Below, piece by piece: positions 45,692 through 57,323 of a DNA stretch of 64,000 nucleotides. Under the pieces are notes generated by a model that saw only the letters and a list, made by a program, of their open reading frames with translations, was not told where the DNA came from and made no database searches. Origin of the DNA: an uncultured delta proteobacterium. Lineage in GTDB: Bacteria > Myxococcota > Myxococcia > SLRQ01. Numbering within the stretch: position 1 is the stretch's first letter; each line of letters begins with the position of its first letter. The position numbers and the translations under genes are program-made. Location: contig CAVSGM010000011.1 in assembly GCA_963727485.1 (NCBI GenBank), positions 288,001 to 352,000 of the forward strand, written 5' to 3'.

Positions 45692-46477
45692 TCAGGTCGG
45701 TTCGTGTCCCACCGCCCACTCGAGCTGGCGCACCAGGGCGAGGAGCAGGCGCCCGTCCCGGGCGGTGGGCCGGGCACGCACCAGGAGGCGCTCGAGCTCG
45801 GCGAGGACCCGGTCCGGTTGCTGGGGGTTGAGGTAGCCGGCGGCGAGGCCCAGGGCCCGGGCCCGGTCCCGGAGCCGGGCGAGGTCCGCGGGGGCGAGGG
45901 GCGCCGCGTCCGGGTCCGCCTCCGCGCCGCCCGGGGCCTCTCCCGGAGGTCCGGCCGCGCCGGCCGGGGGGCGCCCCCGCTCCCGGGCGAGGCGCGCCAG
46001 CTCCCAGGCGTGGAGCAGCACCGCCATCGCCAGGTTCATGGATGGGGCCCGGCGGTCGGTGGGGACGTGGGAGACGAGGTGGGCCCGGTCGAGGACGGCC
46101 CGGGGGAGCCCCTGCTTCTCGTCGCCGAAGAGCAGGGCGACCTCGATGCCCGCCGAGGCCGCGTCGATCATCGCCTCCGCCGCCTCGGTGGGATCGACGT
46201 GGGGCTGGTCGGCCCGGGGCCGGCCGGTGGTGGCCACCACCAGGGCGAAGCGGTCGAGGACCAGGTCCAGGGACGGCGCCACCTCGGCCTGAGCCAGGTA
46301 GGGGCCCGCCTCGGCGGCGATGCGCCGCGCCCGGGTGAGGTCGAAGCCCGCGGGGTCGGCGAGGCAGAGGCGCCGGAGGCCGAGGTTCGCCAGGGCCCGC
46401 ACCGTGGACCCGACGTTCTCCGGGGTCCGGGTCCGGTGGAGGACCACCGTCACCCGGTCGAGGGGGGCACCGCTCAC
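45692..46477 (-). CDS. SPOUT RNA methyltransferase (TrmJ/LasT-like)
   Basis: PENVGS..RALAN.G, LLFG.E..GL, SMNLAMAV. Confidence 0.88.
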   Translation of the reverse strand: MSGAPLDRVTVVLHRTRTPENVGSTVRALANLGLRRLCLADPAGFDLTRARRIAAEAGPYLAQAEVAPSLDLVLDRFALVVATTGRPRADQPHVDPTEAAEAMIDAASAGIEVALLFGDEKQGLPRAVLDRAHLVSHVPTDRRAPSMNLAMAVLLHAWELARLARERGRPPAGAAGPPGEAPGGAEADPDAAPLAPADLARLRDRARALGLAAGYLNPQQPDRVLAELERLLVRARPTARDGRLLLALVRQLEWAVGHEPT

Positions 46478-46968
46478 GCGTCGTCCTTCGCGTCCTCGTA
46501 GGCGATGTCGAGGATGGTGACCTCGGTGGGGCCGTTGGGCCGGCGGAACGCCACCGTGTCCCCCTCACGCTTGCCCAGGATCGCCCGGGCCAGGGGGGCC
46601 TCGACGCTGATGAGCCCCCGGCCGGCGTCGACCTCGTCGGGGCCGACGATGCGCCACTTGTGCGCCTCGCCCTCCTCGTCCTCGAGGGTCACCCAGGCGC
46701 CGAAGAACACCCGCCCCTGCTGGCTCGCCTCGTGGCGGACCACGGTGAGCCGGTCGAGGAGCCCGGTGAGGAAGCGGATCCGGCGGTCGATCTCCCGGAG
46801 GCGCTTCTTCCCGTAGATGTACTCGGCGTTCTCCGAGCGGTCCCCGTGGGCGGCGGCGGTGGCCACCTCGTCGACCATGTGGGGGCGCTGCACCTGCCAC
46901 AGGTCGTCGAACTCGGCGGCCAGGCGCTGGTAGCCCTCGGGGGTGATGTAGCGCTTGCCCTTCGCCAT
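46474..46968 (-). CDS. greB: Transcription elongation factor GreB
   Basis: YITPEGY, AAAHGDRSENAEYIYGKKRLREIDRRIRFL, VFFGAWV. Confidence 0.95.
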   Translation of the reverse strand: MAKGKRYITPEGYQRLAAEFDDLWQVQRPHMVDEVATAAAHGDRSENAEYIYGKKRLREIDRRIRFLTGLLDRLTVVRHEASQQGRVFFGAWVTLEDEEGEAHKWRIVGPDEVDAGRGLISVEAPLARAILGKREGDTVAFRRPNGPTEVTILDIAYEDAKDDA

Positions 46969-47046
46969 CGGGGCCAGGGTCGTGCGAGGCGCCGGCGGGG
47001 TCAAGGGGGGCCACGCGTCGCGGCGCGCACCCGGCGCGACATCCGC

Positions 47047-47271
47047 CTACACCCGGCCGACGTCGCCTCCGGGGCGCTCGAAGCCGTGGCAGGAGATCAC
47101 CGGCTGGCTCGGGTAGCGCGGGAGGTCGGGGTGGGTGCAGAGCACGAAGGTGCTCCCCCGGGTGTTCTCCACCAGCCGGGGGAAGCGGCACCGGCCACAG
47201 AGCCCGCCCCGGGCGGCGAGGCCCAGGGCCAGCCGCGTCTCGGCCTCGGTGCGCCGAGGCCGGCCGGTCAC
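47047..47271 (-). CDS. Small Cys-containing protein (74 aa)
   Basis: GTG overlapping the pdxH stop; GLCGRC, RGSTFVLC, PRYPSQPVISC.GFE. Confidence 0.6.
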   Translation of the reverse strand: MTGRPRRTEAETRLALGLAARGGLCGRCRFPRLVENTRGSTFVLCTHPDLPRYPSQPVISCHGFERPGGDVGRV

Positions 47272-47864
47272 GGGAAGAGGCGCTCCTTGTGCCACCCCTC
47301 GGGCCCCCGGCGGTAGCGCTCGCGCCGGTGGAGGCGCGCCGGGCGGTTCTCCCAGAGCTCGATGGACTCGGGCACCACCCGGACCCCGGACCAGTGGGGC
47401 GGTCGGGGGACGTCGGCGCCCTCGAAGCGCTCGGTCTCGGCGACGACCCGCGCCGCGAGGATCTCCTCGCCCTCGACCGGCCGGGACTGGTCGGAGGCCC
47501 AGGCGCCCACCTGGCTCTCCCGGGGCCGGCTCGACCAGTAGGCGTCGGCCTCGGCGTCGGAGACCTGCTCGGCCAAACCCTCGATCCGGACCTGCCACCC
47601 GAGCTCGCGCCACCAGAAGCACAGGGCCGCGTGGGGGTTGGCCCGGAGCTGGCCGCCCTTGTCCGACTCGAGGTTGGTGTAGAAGACCAGGCCCCGGGCG
47701 TCGATGCCCCGGCAGAGCACCACCCGGGCCGAGGGGCGGCCCTGGGCGTCGGCGGTGGCCAGGGTCATGGCGCTGGGCTCGTAGACCCCGGCCTCCCGGG
47801 CCTGGTCGATGAGGGCCTCGAGGCGCTGGAGCGCCTGGCGGTAGAGGGGGTCGACGTCGCTCAC
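47268..47864 (-). CDS. pdxH: Pyridoxamine 5'-phosphate oxidase
   Basis: AMTLATA...PSARVVL, FYTN..S.KG, SRP.ESQ.GAWASDQS, PRPPHWSG, RLHRR. Confidence 0.93.
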   Translation of the reverse strand: MSDVDPLYRQALQRLEALIDQAREAGVYEPSAMTLATADAQGRPSARVVLCRGIDARGLVFYTNLESDKGGQLRANPHAALCFWWRELGWQVRIEGLAEQVSDAEADAYWSSRPRESQVGAWASDQSRPVEGEEILAARVVAETERFEGADVPRPPHWSGVRVVPESIELWENRPARLHRRERYRRGPEGWHKERLFP

Positions 47865-48472
47865 GAAGCGCCTCGGTCGGTCGGGCCCCCCCGGGGGTGG
47901 GCCTGGAAGCGGCGCATCGTCCCGTTCGCCCGGTGGGTGTCGGGCTCGATCTCGAAGCCCGACTCGGTGACGATGCGCTCGGTGTCGCGGTTGGGGTGGC
48001 AGCCGCCGGTGATGAAGGTCCACGCCGGCTGGTAGAGGTCCTGCCACCGCGCCCAGAGGCGCCGGTGGTCGCGGACGTGCTCGATCATCCGCAGGCGCCC
48101 GCCCGCGGCGAGGACCCGGGCGAGCTCCCGGAAGCCCCGGTGGGGGTCGGGGACGCTGCAGAACACCAGGCTGGAGACCACGGTGTCGAAGGCCCCGTCC
48201 CGGAAGGGCAGGTGCTCGGCGCTGGCGCGGACCAGGGGGACGTTCGGGGCCCGGCGCCGGGCCTTGCGGAGGTTCTGGGGGTGGGGGTCCACGGCGACCA
48301 GCCGCACCTCCTCACCGTAGCGGGGGAGGTTGCGTCCGGTGCCGCAGCCCACCTCCAGCGTCCGACCCCGGGCGCCGCCGGTGAGCCAGCCACGCCACCG
48401 CTCGAAGCCGAGGTGGTCGGTGAAGAAGAAGAACCCGTCGTAGAGCCAGGGGATCTGCTCGGCGCCGCGCAT
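47861..48472 (-). CDS. Class I SAM-dependent methyltransferase
   Basis: LEVGCGTGRNL, FDTVVSSLVFCSVPD, GGCHPNRD. Confidence 0.9.
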   Translation of the reverse strand: MRGAEQIPWLYDGFFFFTDHLGFERWRGWLTGGARGRTLEVGCGTGRNLPRYGEEVRLVAVDPHPQNLRKARRRAPNVPLVRASAEHLPFRDGAFDTVVSSLVFCSVPDPHRGFRELARVLAAGGRLRMIEHVRDHRRLWARWQDLYQPAWTFITGGCHPNRDTERIVTESGFEIEPDTHRANGTMRRFQAHPRGGPTDRGAS

Positions 48473-48484
48473 GGAGAAGGGAAT

Positions 48485-51400
48485 CTAGGCCCGTCGGCGC
48501 CGGCGCAAGCCCAGGAGCAGGAGCAGGCCGCCGAGGACGAAGGCGCCGGCGCCGGGGCTCCCCGAGGAGGCGCTGCACCCGCAGCCGGGGGTGCCCCCGC
48601 CGCCCCCGGGCTTGGGCGCCTCGGGGACCTTGCGGCTCTCCAGGGGCGTCACCCAGTTCCCGGTGGCCCCCGGGTCGTGGTGGAAGCCCGACCACTGGAT
48701 GTCCTTGACCGAGCCCTTCGTGTGCCAGGCAAAGAGCCAGCCGTCCCGGGTCGGCACCACCACGTCGGTCTTGCCGTCGCCGTCGAGATCCCCGAGGGCC
48801 GCGGTGGCGAGGATCCAGCCGCCGGTGTGCTTGGGCCAGCCGGCGGGCTCGATGCCGTCGAGGGGGAAGGCGTGGAGCAGGTAGCCCCCGGAGCCGGCGA
48901 TGGCCTCGGCCTTCCCGTCGCCGTCGACGTCGCCGCCGGCGTAGTTGTCGAGGAGCTGGAGGTCCTCGGTGACCCGCGGCCAGGCCGGGAGGAAGTCGCC
49001 GGTGCCGTCGAGGGACCAGGCGCCCACCAGCTGGTCGAAGTCGTGGCGGACGCCGCCGGAGATGCCCCCGAGGGCCGCGGCGGTCAGCGCTCCGTCGACG
49101 TACTCGGGGAACCCGTCGCCGTCGAGGTCGATGAGGGCCCCGGAGTTCACGCTCATCAGCGCCAGGGAGCCGGTGGAGTTGGTGTTGGCCCCGAAGGGCG
49201 CCTCCTTGCCCGAGAACTGCCGGGTCCCGTTGGCGCCGTAGACCCCGAAGGTGCTCGCGGTGCCGTGGAGGATCGCCTCCTCGCCCGGGAGCCCGTCGAC
49301 GTCGACCAGGGCCGGGGACGCCGGGACCCCACGGCCGATGAAGGGCAGGATGCTCCCGTAGCAGCACAGCTTCACCGGCCACCCGGGGAGGTAGGGGCCG
49401 CCGGCGTGGGCGTTGCCGTCGCCCCACACCGCGTAGGCCCGGGAGGTGTCGCCGAGGCCGTCCCCGTAGTCCTCGTCGGAGCCCAGGACAATCTCGGCGC
49501 CCCCGTCACCCTTGAGGTCGCCCACCGCCGGGGTGGAGATGAGGCGGGCGCGCATCCGCTCCAGGGTGCCCTTGACCTTGGTGCCCCCGGGCTGGGTGAT
49601 CTCCACGGGGAAGCCGGCGTGGGGCGTGCCGTCGCCGTTGAACGCGTAGAGGTAGCCGTCCATCCCCGCGGCGATGATCTCCGGCCTCCCGTCGCCGTCG
49701 AGGTCCGCGAGGACCGGCGAGGAGAGGAAGCCGTGGTCGAGGATGTGGATGTCCTCGGTGGGGTTGGCGGTGGTGCTGTCGGCGCCGGGCCGGTAGCCCC
49801 GCCACTGGTCGTTCGCCGGATCGAGGCCCACCGGGAAGCCGGGGACCACCGCGCCGTCGGCGTGGAAGGCCCAGATCTTGCCGCCCATGGTCGAGGCCAC
49901 GACCTCCGGGTGCCCGTCGCCGTCGAGGTCGCCCACCGCGACGGTGGCGATCATGGCGGCGTGGAAGTCGCCGAGGGCCTTGAAGCCCGGGGCGTCGGGG
50001 TGGCTGGCCACACCCGGAGCGGTCTCCACGTGCACCGGCCAGCCGGAGAGCTCCGAGCCGTCGGCCTCGTAGGCGTGGACGGTGCCGTCGGAGAGGCCGA
50101 GGACGATCTCGTCCTTGCCGTCGCCGTTGAGGTCGGCGAGGCGCGGGGAGCTCTCGCCGGAGCTGCCCAGGTAGAGGGGGAAGCCCTTGAAGAGCTGGTC
50201 GTCCCGGTGGACGAAGAAGGGCTTGCGGTACTCACCGGTCACCGGCTGCCCGCTGGGATCGGTGGCGGTGACGCGGAGGCGCACGGTCACCTGGAACTGG
50301 GCGGGGCTGGTCGGCGGGCCGCTCCAGGCGTCGAACTGGGAGAGGTCCACGGTGGCCAGCGTCCCGTCCACCGGCCCCGAGAGGCCGGTCTTCTTCGCCA
50401 CCTGGGTGAAGTCCGAGGGCTTGGGATCGACCCCGGGGGCGATCTCCACGGTGTAGTCGAAGGTCCCGGCGTACCGGGCCGCCGCCGCGTGGCCCTTCAC
50501 CACCAGGGGCTGGGTCGGGCTCACGGTCTGGAACCACAGGGGCGCGGTGATCAGCGCCTCCGGGGGGATGTGGTCGTCGCGGATCATCTGGACCGCCCGC
50601 CGGGCGTCGTTGCGCCCGTAGCCGAAGAAGCGGTCGAAGCCCTGGTGGCTGGGGAACTTGGTGGGGTCGGTGGCCGAGCCCACCACGTCGACGTCGTCGG
50701 CCGACTGGGTCATCAGCTGGTAGGCCTCGTTCGCCGAGAGCGGCGGCGAGAGGCCGACCTTCTTCGCCATGGAGTAGACCAGGCCCGCCTCGCCGGCGCT
50801 GATGCCCGTGGCCTCGGAGGAGCAGGCCTCGCCGGGGGTGCGCAGCACCACGTGGGGCCCGTAGTTGCTGCAGTTGTTGAAGTTCTGGAAGGTGGTGGCC
50901 TGGGTCCAGGGCTTCTTGTCGTAGACCATGGCGCCGACCTCGAGGGTGCGCTCGGCGCTGCCGGGGAAGTTGTGGTGGTAGCTGCGCTCGTCGGCGGCGC
51001 TGGCGACCACCAGGACCCCGTGGTCGTAGGCGTAGTCGATGGCGTCCTGCATGAACCGGTTCTGGTCCAGGGCGCCGAGGGCCTCCTGGATCACCGAGGC
51101 GCCATTGTCGGTGGCGTAGATGGCGGCCTCGGCGAAGTGGTTCACGTCGGCGACGAAGGAGTCGCTGGCCCGCAGGGGCAGGATGGTGCACCGGGGGCAG
51201 ACGCCGATGCCGCCGATGCCGTTGTTCCCCTGGGCGGCGCTGTCCCGGGCCTCGCCGGTGCCGTGGCTGTAGCCCTCGCCGCCGTTCTTCGCCTGGTCGT
51301 AGGGGTCGTTGTCGTCGTGGAAGAAGTCCCAGCCGCAGATGTCGTCGACGTAGCCGTTGCCGTCGTCGTCCTTCCCGTCGCTGAAGATCTGGATGAGGTC

Positions 51401-52060
51401 CTCGGGGTCGAGGATCCCGTTGCCGTTGACGTCCGAGACCCGGGGGTCGGTGATGGTGGCGGGGGTGGGCATCTGGTCGGGACCCGCCGAGGTGTAGTCC
51501 CGGACGTTGAACACCCCGTCGCCGTTGGCGTCGTAGCTGGTGGCGCCGGCGGGCATGGGGAGCTCGCCGGGGTTGAGGCGCCACTTGTAGACCAGGTCCT
51601 GCTCGCTCCAGTGGAAGCCCGAGTCGAGGATGGCGAGGGTGACCGCCGGGTCGCCGGCGGTGAGCTGCCAGGCGGCGTCGGCGTGGATCCCGATGCCCAT
51701 GGCCGCCTCTTTGGCGGTGAGGTTCGAGGCGATCCCCGGCGGGGTGAACGACCAGAGGTTCCACTGGCCGGTGGCGTGGGTGGGGTCGCTGGTGTCGAAG
51801 CCGTACCCCGGGTCGTCGGGCCAGTTCGCCGGGTCGAGGAGGTCGGCGCTGGCCGAGGGGTTGGGCCAGCCCGGGTTCTGGGCGCCGGCGGTCCCGGGCG
51901 CCATCAGGCCCAGGGCCAGGAGCAGGGCGGCGAGGCCCAGGGGCCTAGCGATCCGGCTTCGGCGCCGGGTCGTCCGGGGCCGCGTCGGCTCGTGGGTCGC
52001 CTGGGTCGTCGGACCCTTCGTCGCCTGGGTGGCCAGGCTCTCCTTCGGGTGCCGCATCAT
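48485..52060 (-). CDS. Secreted S8-like peptidase with FG-GAP repeats and MYXO-CTERM anchor
   Basis: ILDSG, HGTG, CSSEAT triad motifs; many DLDGDG..E repeats; C-terminal GCGCS + TM + RRRRR. Confidence 0.82.
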   Translation of the reverse strand: MMRHPKESLATQATKGPTTQATHEPTRPRTTRRRSRIARPLGLAALLLALGLMAPGTAGAQNPGWPNPSASADLLDPANWPDDPGYGFDTSDPTHATGQWNLWSFTPPGIASNLTAKEAAMGIGIHADAAWQLTAGDPAVTLAILDSGFHWSEQDLVYKWRLNPGELPMPAGATSYDANGDGVFNVRDYTSAGPDQMPTPATITDPRVSDVNGNGILDPEDLIQIFSDGKDDDGNGYVDDICGWDFFHDDNDPYDQAKNGGEGYSHGTGEARDSAAQGNNGIGGIGVCPRCTILPLRASDSFVADVNHFAEAAIYATDNGASVIQEALGALDQNRFMQDAIDYAYDHGVLVVASAADERSYHHNFPGSAERTLEVGAMVYDKKPWTQATTFQNFNNCSNYGPHVVLRTPGEACSSEATGISAGEAGLVYSMAKKVGLSPPLSANEAYQLMTQSADDVDVVGSATDPTKFPSHQGFDRFFGYGRNDARRAVQMIRDDHIPPEALITAPLWFQTVSPTQPLVVKGHAAAARYAGTFDYTVEIAPGVDPKPSDFTQVAKKTGLSGPVDGTLATVDLSQFDAWSGPPTSPAQFQVTVRLRVTATDPSGQPVTGEYRKPFFVHRDDQLFKGFPLYLGSSGESSPRLADLNGDGKDEIVLGLSDGTVHAYEADGSELSGWPVHVETAPGVASHPDAPGFKALGDFHAAMIATVAVGDLDGDGHPEVVASTMGGKIWAFHADGAVVPGFPVGLDPANDQWRGYRPGADSTTANPTEDIHILDHGFLSSPVLADLDGDGRPEIIAAGMDGYLYAFNGDGTPHAGFPVEITQPGGTKVKGTLERMRARLISTPAVGDLKGDGGAEIVLGSDEDYGDGLGDTSRAYAVWGDGNAHAGGPYLPGWPVKLCCYGSILPFIGRGVPASPALVDVDGLPGEEAILHGTASTFGVYGANGTRQFSGKEAPFGANTNSTGSLALMSVNSGALIDLDGDGFPEYVDGALTAAALGGISGGVRHDFDQLVGAWSLDGTGDFLPAWPRVTEDLQLLDNYAGGDVDGDGKAEAIAGSGGYLLHAFPLDGIEPAGWPKHTGGWILATAALGDLDGDGKTDVVVPTRDGWLFAWHTKGSVKDIQWSGFHHDPGATGNWVTPLESRKVPEAPKPGGGGGTPGCGCSASSGSPGAGAFVLGGLLLLLGLRRRRRA

Positions 52061-52322
52061 CGGTCCTCCCCTCCGTCTCGGTCGGGTGCGCGGGCGGGGG
52101 GCTCTCCCCGGAACCGGCTTCGGTTGGCGTCTCCCCGTCCTCGAGGTCGTCGTCCTCGGCGAGGCGCGCCGACACCACCAGGTACACCGCGGCGTAGGCC
52201 ATCACCGCCACCACGGCGAGGAGGACATAGAGGAGCAGGATCGGGTGGGCCCAGAGCAGGGCGATGACCGCCACCACCGCCACCAGGAGCACGGTGGTGA
52301 TGACATGGGCCCGGACGTCCAC
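51945..52322 (-). CDS. Small two-TM protein with acidic tail
   Basis: Two hydrophobic helices then D/E/P-rich tail; overlaps the predicted S8 start, so one boundary is uncertain. Confidence 0.45.
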   Translation of the reverse strand: MDVRAHVITTVLLVAVVAVIALLWAHPILLLYVLLAVVAVMAYAAVYLVVSARLAEDDDLEDGETPTEAGSGESPPPAHPTETEGRTDDAAPEGEPGHPGDEGSDDPGDPRADAAPDDPAPKPDR

Positions 52323-52500
52323 GCCCCCATCGGGGCGGGACGCGGGGCCCGGTCGGCCCAGTACGAGGCGGGGACGCATAGACGACGGAAGCTACCAGAG
52401 GGGCCGGGGAGGGTGCCACCGCGGCGGGGCGGGGCGGCGACCCCCGGGCCGCGGCGCCCGCCGTTGACAGGGGCCGGGCCCCGTAAGACCCTCTCGCCCG

Positions 52501-53454
52501 ATGGAGGTCTTCCGGAGCATGGACGAGGTCCGCGCCCCCGCGTCGGGGGTGGTCCTGGTCATCGGGAACTTCGACGGGGTGCACCTGGGCCACCAGGCCC
52601 TCTTCCGCCTCTGCCGGGAGCGCGCCGACGCCCGGGGCGCCGCCGCCTGGGCCATGACCTTCGATCCCCACCCCTCCCAGGTCCTGGCCCCGGACCTGGC
52701 GCCGCCCCTCATCACCGGCCTGGCGCGGCGCCTCGAGCTCATGGCCGACCGGGGCCTCGACGGGGCGGTGGTGCTCCACTTCACCCGGGCCTTCGCCGCC
52801 ACCGCGCCCAAGGACTTCGTCGCCCGCTGCGTGGTCCCCACCGGCGCCAAGGAGGTGGTGGTCGGCTACGACTTCTCCTTCGGCAAGGATCGCAAGGGGA
52901 CCCCGGAGGTCCTCGCGGCCCTCTGCGCCGACCACGGCATCCAGGTCCACGTGGTGCCGCCGGTGAAGATCCCCTCGGGGCTGGTGCCGAGCTCCACCAA
53001 GGTGCGCGAGTACGTCCTCGAGGGGCGGGTCGACGCCGCCGAGCGCCTCCTCGGGCGCCCCTTCGAGGTCGCCGGGCCGGTGGTCCACGGGGCCGGGCGG
53101 GGCGCCAGCCTCGGCTACCCCACCGCCAACGTCGCGGTGGAGGACGGCCTGCTCCCCAAGAGCGGGGTCTACGCGGTCACCGTGCGCCTCGAGGGCGAGG
53201 TGCGCCTGCGCCCCGGCGCCGCCAACGTCGGCTCCAACCCCACCTTCTCCGAGGGGGGCGACGTGCACCTCGAGGTCTTCGTCCTCGGCTGGGAGGGCGG
53301 GAGCCTCCACGGCCGGCGGATGCGCGTGGGCTTCGTGGAGCGCCTCCGGCCCGAGCAGCGCTTCCCCTCGGTGGACGCCCTCAAGGCCCGGATCGCCGAG
53401 GACGTCGCGGGGGCCATCCGGATCCTCGCCGACCGCGGCGTCGAGGCGGCTTGA
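52501..53454 (+). CDS. ribF: Bifunctional riboflavin kinase / FAD synthetase
   Basis: IGNFDGVHLGHQ, TFDPHP, VGYDF.FG, G..LGYPTAN, RLRPEQRF. Confidence 0.96.
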   Translation: MEVFRSMDEVRAPASGVVLVIGNFDGVHLGHQALFRLCRERADARGAAAWAMTFDPHPSQVLAPDLAPPLITGLARRLELMADRGLDGAVVLHFTRAFAATAPKDFVARCVVPTGAKEVVVGYDFSFGKDRKGTPEVLAALCADHGIQVHVVPPVKIPSGLVPSSTKVREYVLEGRVDAAERLLGRPFEVAGPVVHGAGRGASLGYPTANVAVEDGLLPKSGVYAVTVRLEGEVRLRPGAANVGSNPTFSEGGDVHLEVFVLGWEGGSLHGRRMRVGFVERLRPEQRFPSVDALKARIAEDVAGAIRILADRGVEAA

Positions 53455-54317
53455 CCTCCTCTCTTACGCGGCTCTACGGGCTCCTGGGGCACCCCACCGG
53501 CCACTCGGTGTCGCCGGCGATGCAGACCGCGGCCTTCCGGCACCTGGGGCATGACGGGGTCTACGTGTGCTTCGACGTGGCGCCGGCGCGCCTGGAGCCG
53601 GCGCTCGCGGGCCTCGACGCCGCCGGGGCCCACGGCCTCAACGTCACCGTGCCCCACAAGGAGGCGGTGGCGGCGTGGGCGCCGAGGCTCACCGCCGTGG
53701 CCCGACGCGCCGGGGCGGTGAACACCCTGTGGCGCGACCGGGACGGCGGCCTGGTGGGGGACAACACCGACGTCCCCGGGCTCCGGGCCGTCCTCGACGA
53801 GGCGGGGATCGACGTCCGGGGCCGGGTGGCGGTGGTCCTCGGGGCCGGGGGGGCCGCCGCCGCCGCGGTCCTCGCCCTCGAGGGCGCCGGGGCCGCCCGG
53901 ATCCGCGTCGCCAACCGCACGGCGGCCCGGGCCGAGGCCCTGGTCCGGCGCCTCGCCGCCGCCGGGGTCGCCGCGCCCCTGGAGACCGGGCCCCTCGACG
54001 CCGGGGCCGGCGACGGGGCCGACCTGGTGATCCAGGCCACCTCCCTGGGCCTCGGGGGCGCCGGACGCCCGCCCCTGGACCTCGCCCGCCTGGGGCCCGG
54101 GGTCCCGGTGGTCGACCTGGTCTACGCCCACGGCGGCACGCCATTTCTGCGCGCCGCCCGGCGCCGGGGCCACCCGGGGGTGGACGGGCTCGCCCTCCTG
54201 GTGCACCAGGGGGCGCTGGCCTGTGAGCGCTTCACCGGCGATCCCGTGGACGCCGCGGGCCGGGCGGCGATGGCCCGGGCGGCCCGTCGGGCCCTGGCCC
54301 GGCACCGGAGTAGGTAA
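53451..54317 (+). CDS. aroE: Shikimate dehydrogenase
   Basis: HSVSPAMQ, GLNVTVPHKE, GAVNTL, NTD, LGAGGAA, DGL.LLVHQG. Confidence 0.93.
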   Translation: MTSSLTRLYGLLGHPTGHSVSPAMQTAAFRHLGHDGVYVCFDVAPARLEPALAGLDAAGAHGLNVTVPHKEAVAAWAPRLTAVARRAGAVNTLWRDRDGGLVGDNTDVPGLRAVLDEAGIDVRGRVAVVLGAGGAAAAAVLALEGAGAARIRVANRTAARAEALVRRLAAAGVAAPLETGPLDAGAGDGADLVIQATSLGLGGAGRPPLDLARLGPGVPVVDLVYAHGGTPFLRAARRRGHPGVDGLALLVHQGALACERFTGDPVDAAGRAAMARAARRALARHRSR

Positions 54318-54445
54318 AGGTGGGACGGGTTTTTCCGAGCGGATCCGAAGGGATACGTAAGCGCTCCGCCAAGGCGATTCCTTGATCGGGCCCGCCCGAC
54401 CGCAGTACCATTTGCCCTCGCATCCCACTCCACGCGGGAGAACGC

Positions 54446-56144
<1,699 letters not shown>

Positions 56145-56162
56145 TCCGAGCAAGGGGAACAC

Positions 56163-57284
56163 TTGGCGAATCTGCACCAGCTTCTCAAGGCGATGGTCGA
56201 GAAGGGGGCCTCCGACCTCCACATCACCACGGGGTCTCCGCCCCAGCTGCGCATCGACGGCAAGCTGGTGCCCCTGAAGACGGCGCCGCTCACCCCGGTG
56301 GAGACCAAGCAGCTGTGCTACTCCATCCTCACCGACGCCCAGAAGCACCGGTTCGAGGAGGACAACGAGCTCGACCTCTCCTTCGGGGTCAAGGGGCTGT
56401 CCCGGTTCCGCTCCAACATCTTCATGCAGCGGGGCGCGGTCTCCGGCGCCTTCCGGACCATCCCCTTCAAGATCCTCACCTTCGCGGAGCTGGGGCTGCC
56501 GCCGGTGGTCTCCGAGCTCTCCAAGCGCCCCCGGGGGATGGTGCTGGTCACCGGGCCCACCGGCTCGGGCAAGTCCACGACCCTGGCGTCGATCATCGAC
56601 AAGATCAACACCGAGCGCCACGAGCACATCCTCACCATCGAGGACCCCATCGAGTACCTCCACCCGCACAAGAACTGCGTGGTGAACCAGCGCGAGGTCG
56701 GGGCCGACACCGTGTCGTTCAAGAAGGCGCTCAAGTACGTCCTCCGGCAGGACCCGGACGTGGTCCTCGTCGGCGAGATGCGTGACCTCGAGACCATCGA
56801 GGCGGCCCTCACCATCTCCGAGACCGGTCACCTCTGCTTCGCCACCCTCCACACCAACTCGGCGGTGCAGACCATCAACCGGATCATCGACGTGTTTCCC
56901 CCGTACCAGCAGCCGCAGGTGCGGGCGCAGCTCTCCTTCGTCCTCGAGGGAGTGATGAGCCAGTCCCTGATGCCCCGGGCCTCGGGCCCCGGCCGGGTGC
57001 TGGCCATCGAGGTGATGATCCCCAACCCCGCCATCCGGAACCTCGTCCGCGAGGACAAGGTCCACCAGGTCTACTCGCAGATGCAGGTGGGGCAGACGAA
57101 GTTCGGGATGCAGACCCTCAACCAGGCCCTGGTCGATCTCTTCCAGCGTCGGATGATCTCCATGGAGGACGCCCTGGGGCGCTCCAGCGATCCCGAGGAG
57201 CTCAAGCAGATGATCGCCAGTGGCACCAACACCTTGAGGCGCCCGGGGGCGCCCGGCGGCCCCCAGCGGCCCCAGCAGCGATAG
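56163..57284 (+). CDS. pilT: Type IV pilus retraction ATPase
   Basis: GASDLHI, GPTGSGKSTTLA, AIRNLVRE. Confidence 0.96.
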   Translation: MANLHQLLKAMVEKGASDLHITTGSPPQLRIDGKLVPLKTAPLTPVETKQLCYSILTDAQKHRFEEDNELDLSFGVKGLSRFRSNIFMQRGAVSGAFRTIPFKILTFAELGLPPVVSELSKRPRGMVLVTGPTGSGKSTTLASIIDKINTERHEHILTIEDPIEYLHPHKNCVVNQREVGADTVSFKKALKYVLRQDPDVVLVGEMRDLETIEAALTISETGHLCFATLHTNSAVQTINRIIDVFPPYQQPQVRAQLSFVLEGVMSQSLMPRASGPGRVLAIEVMIPNPAIRNLVREDKVHQVYSQMQVGQTKFGMQTLNQALVDLFQRRMISMEDALGRSSDPEELKQMIASGTNTLRRPGAPGGPQRPQQR

Positions 57285-57323
57285 CGCGACGCCCCCCGAG
57301 GCGACGCAGCGGAGGTAACCGAC

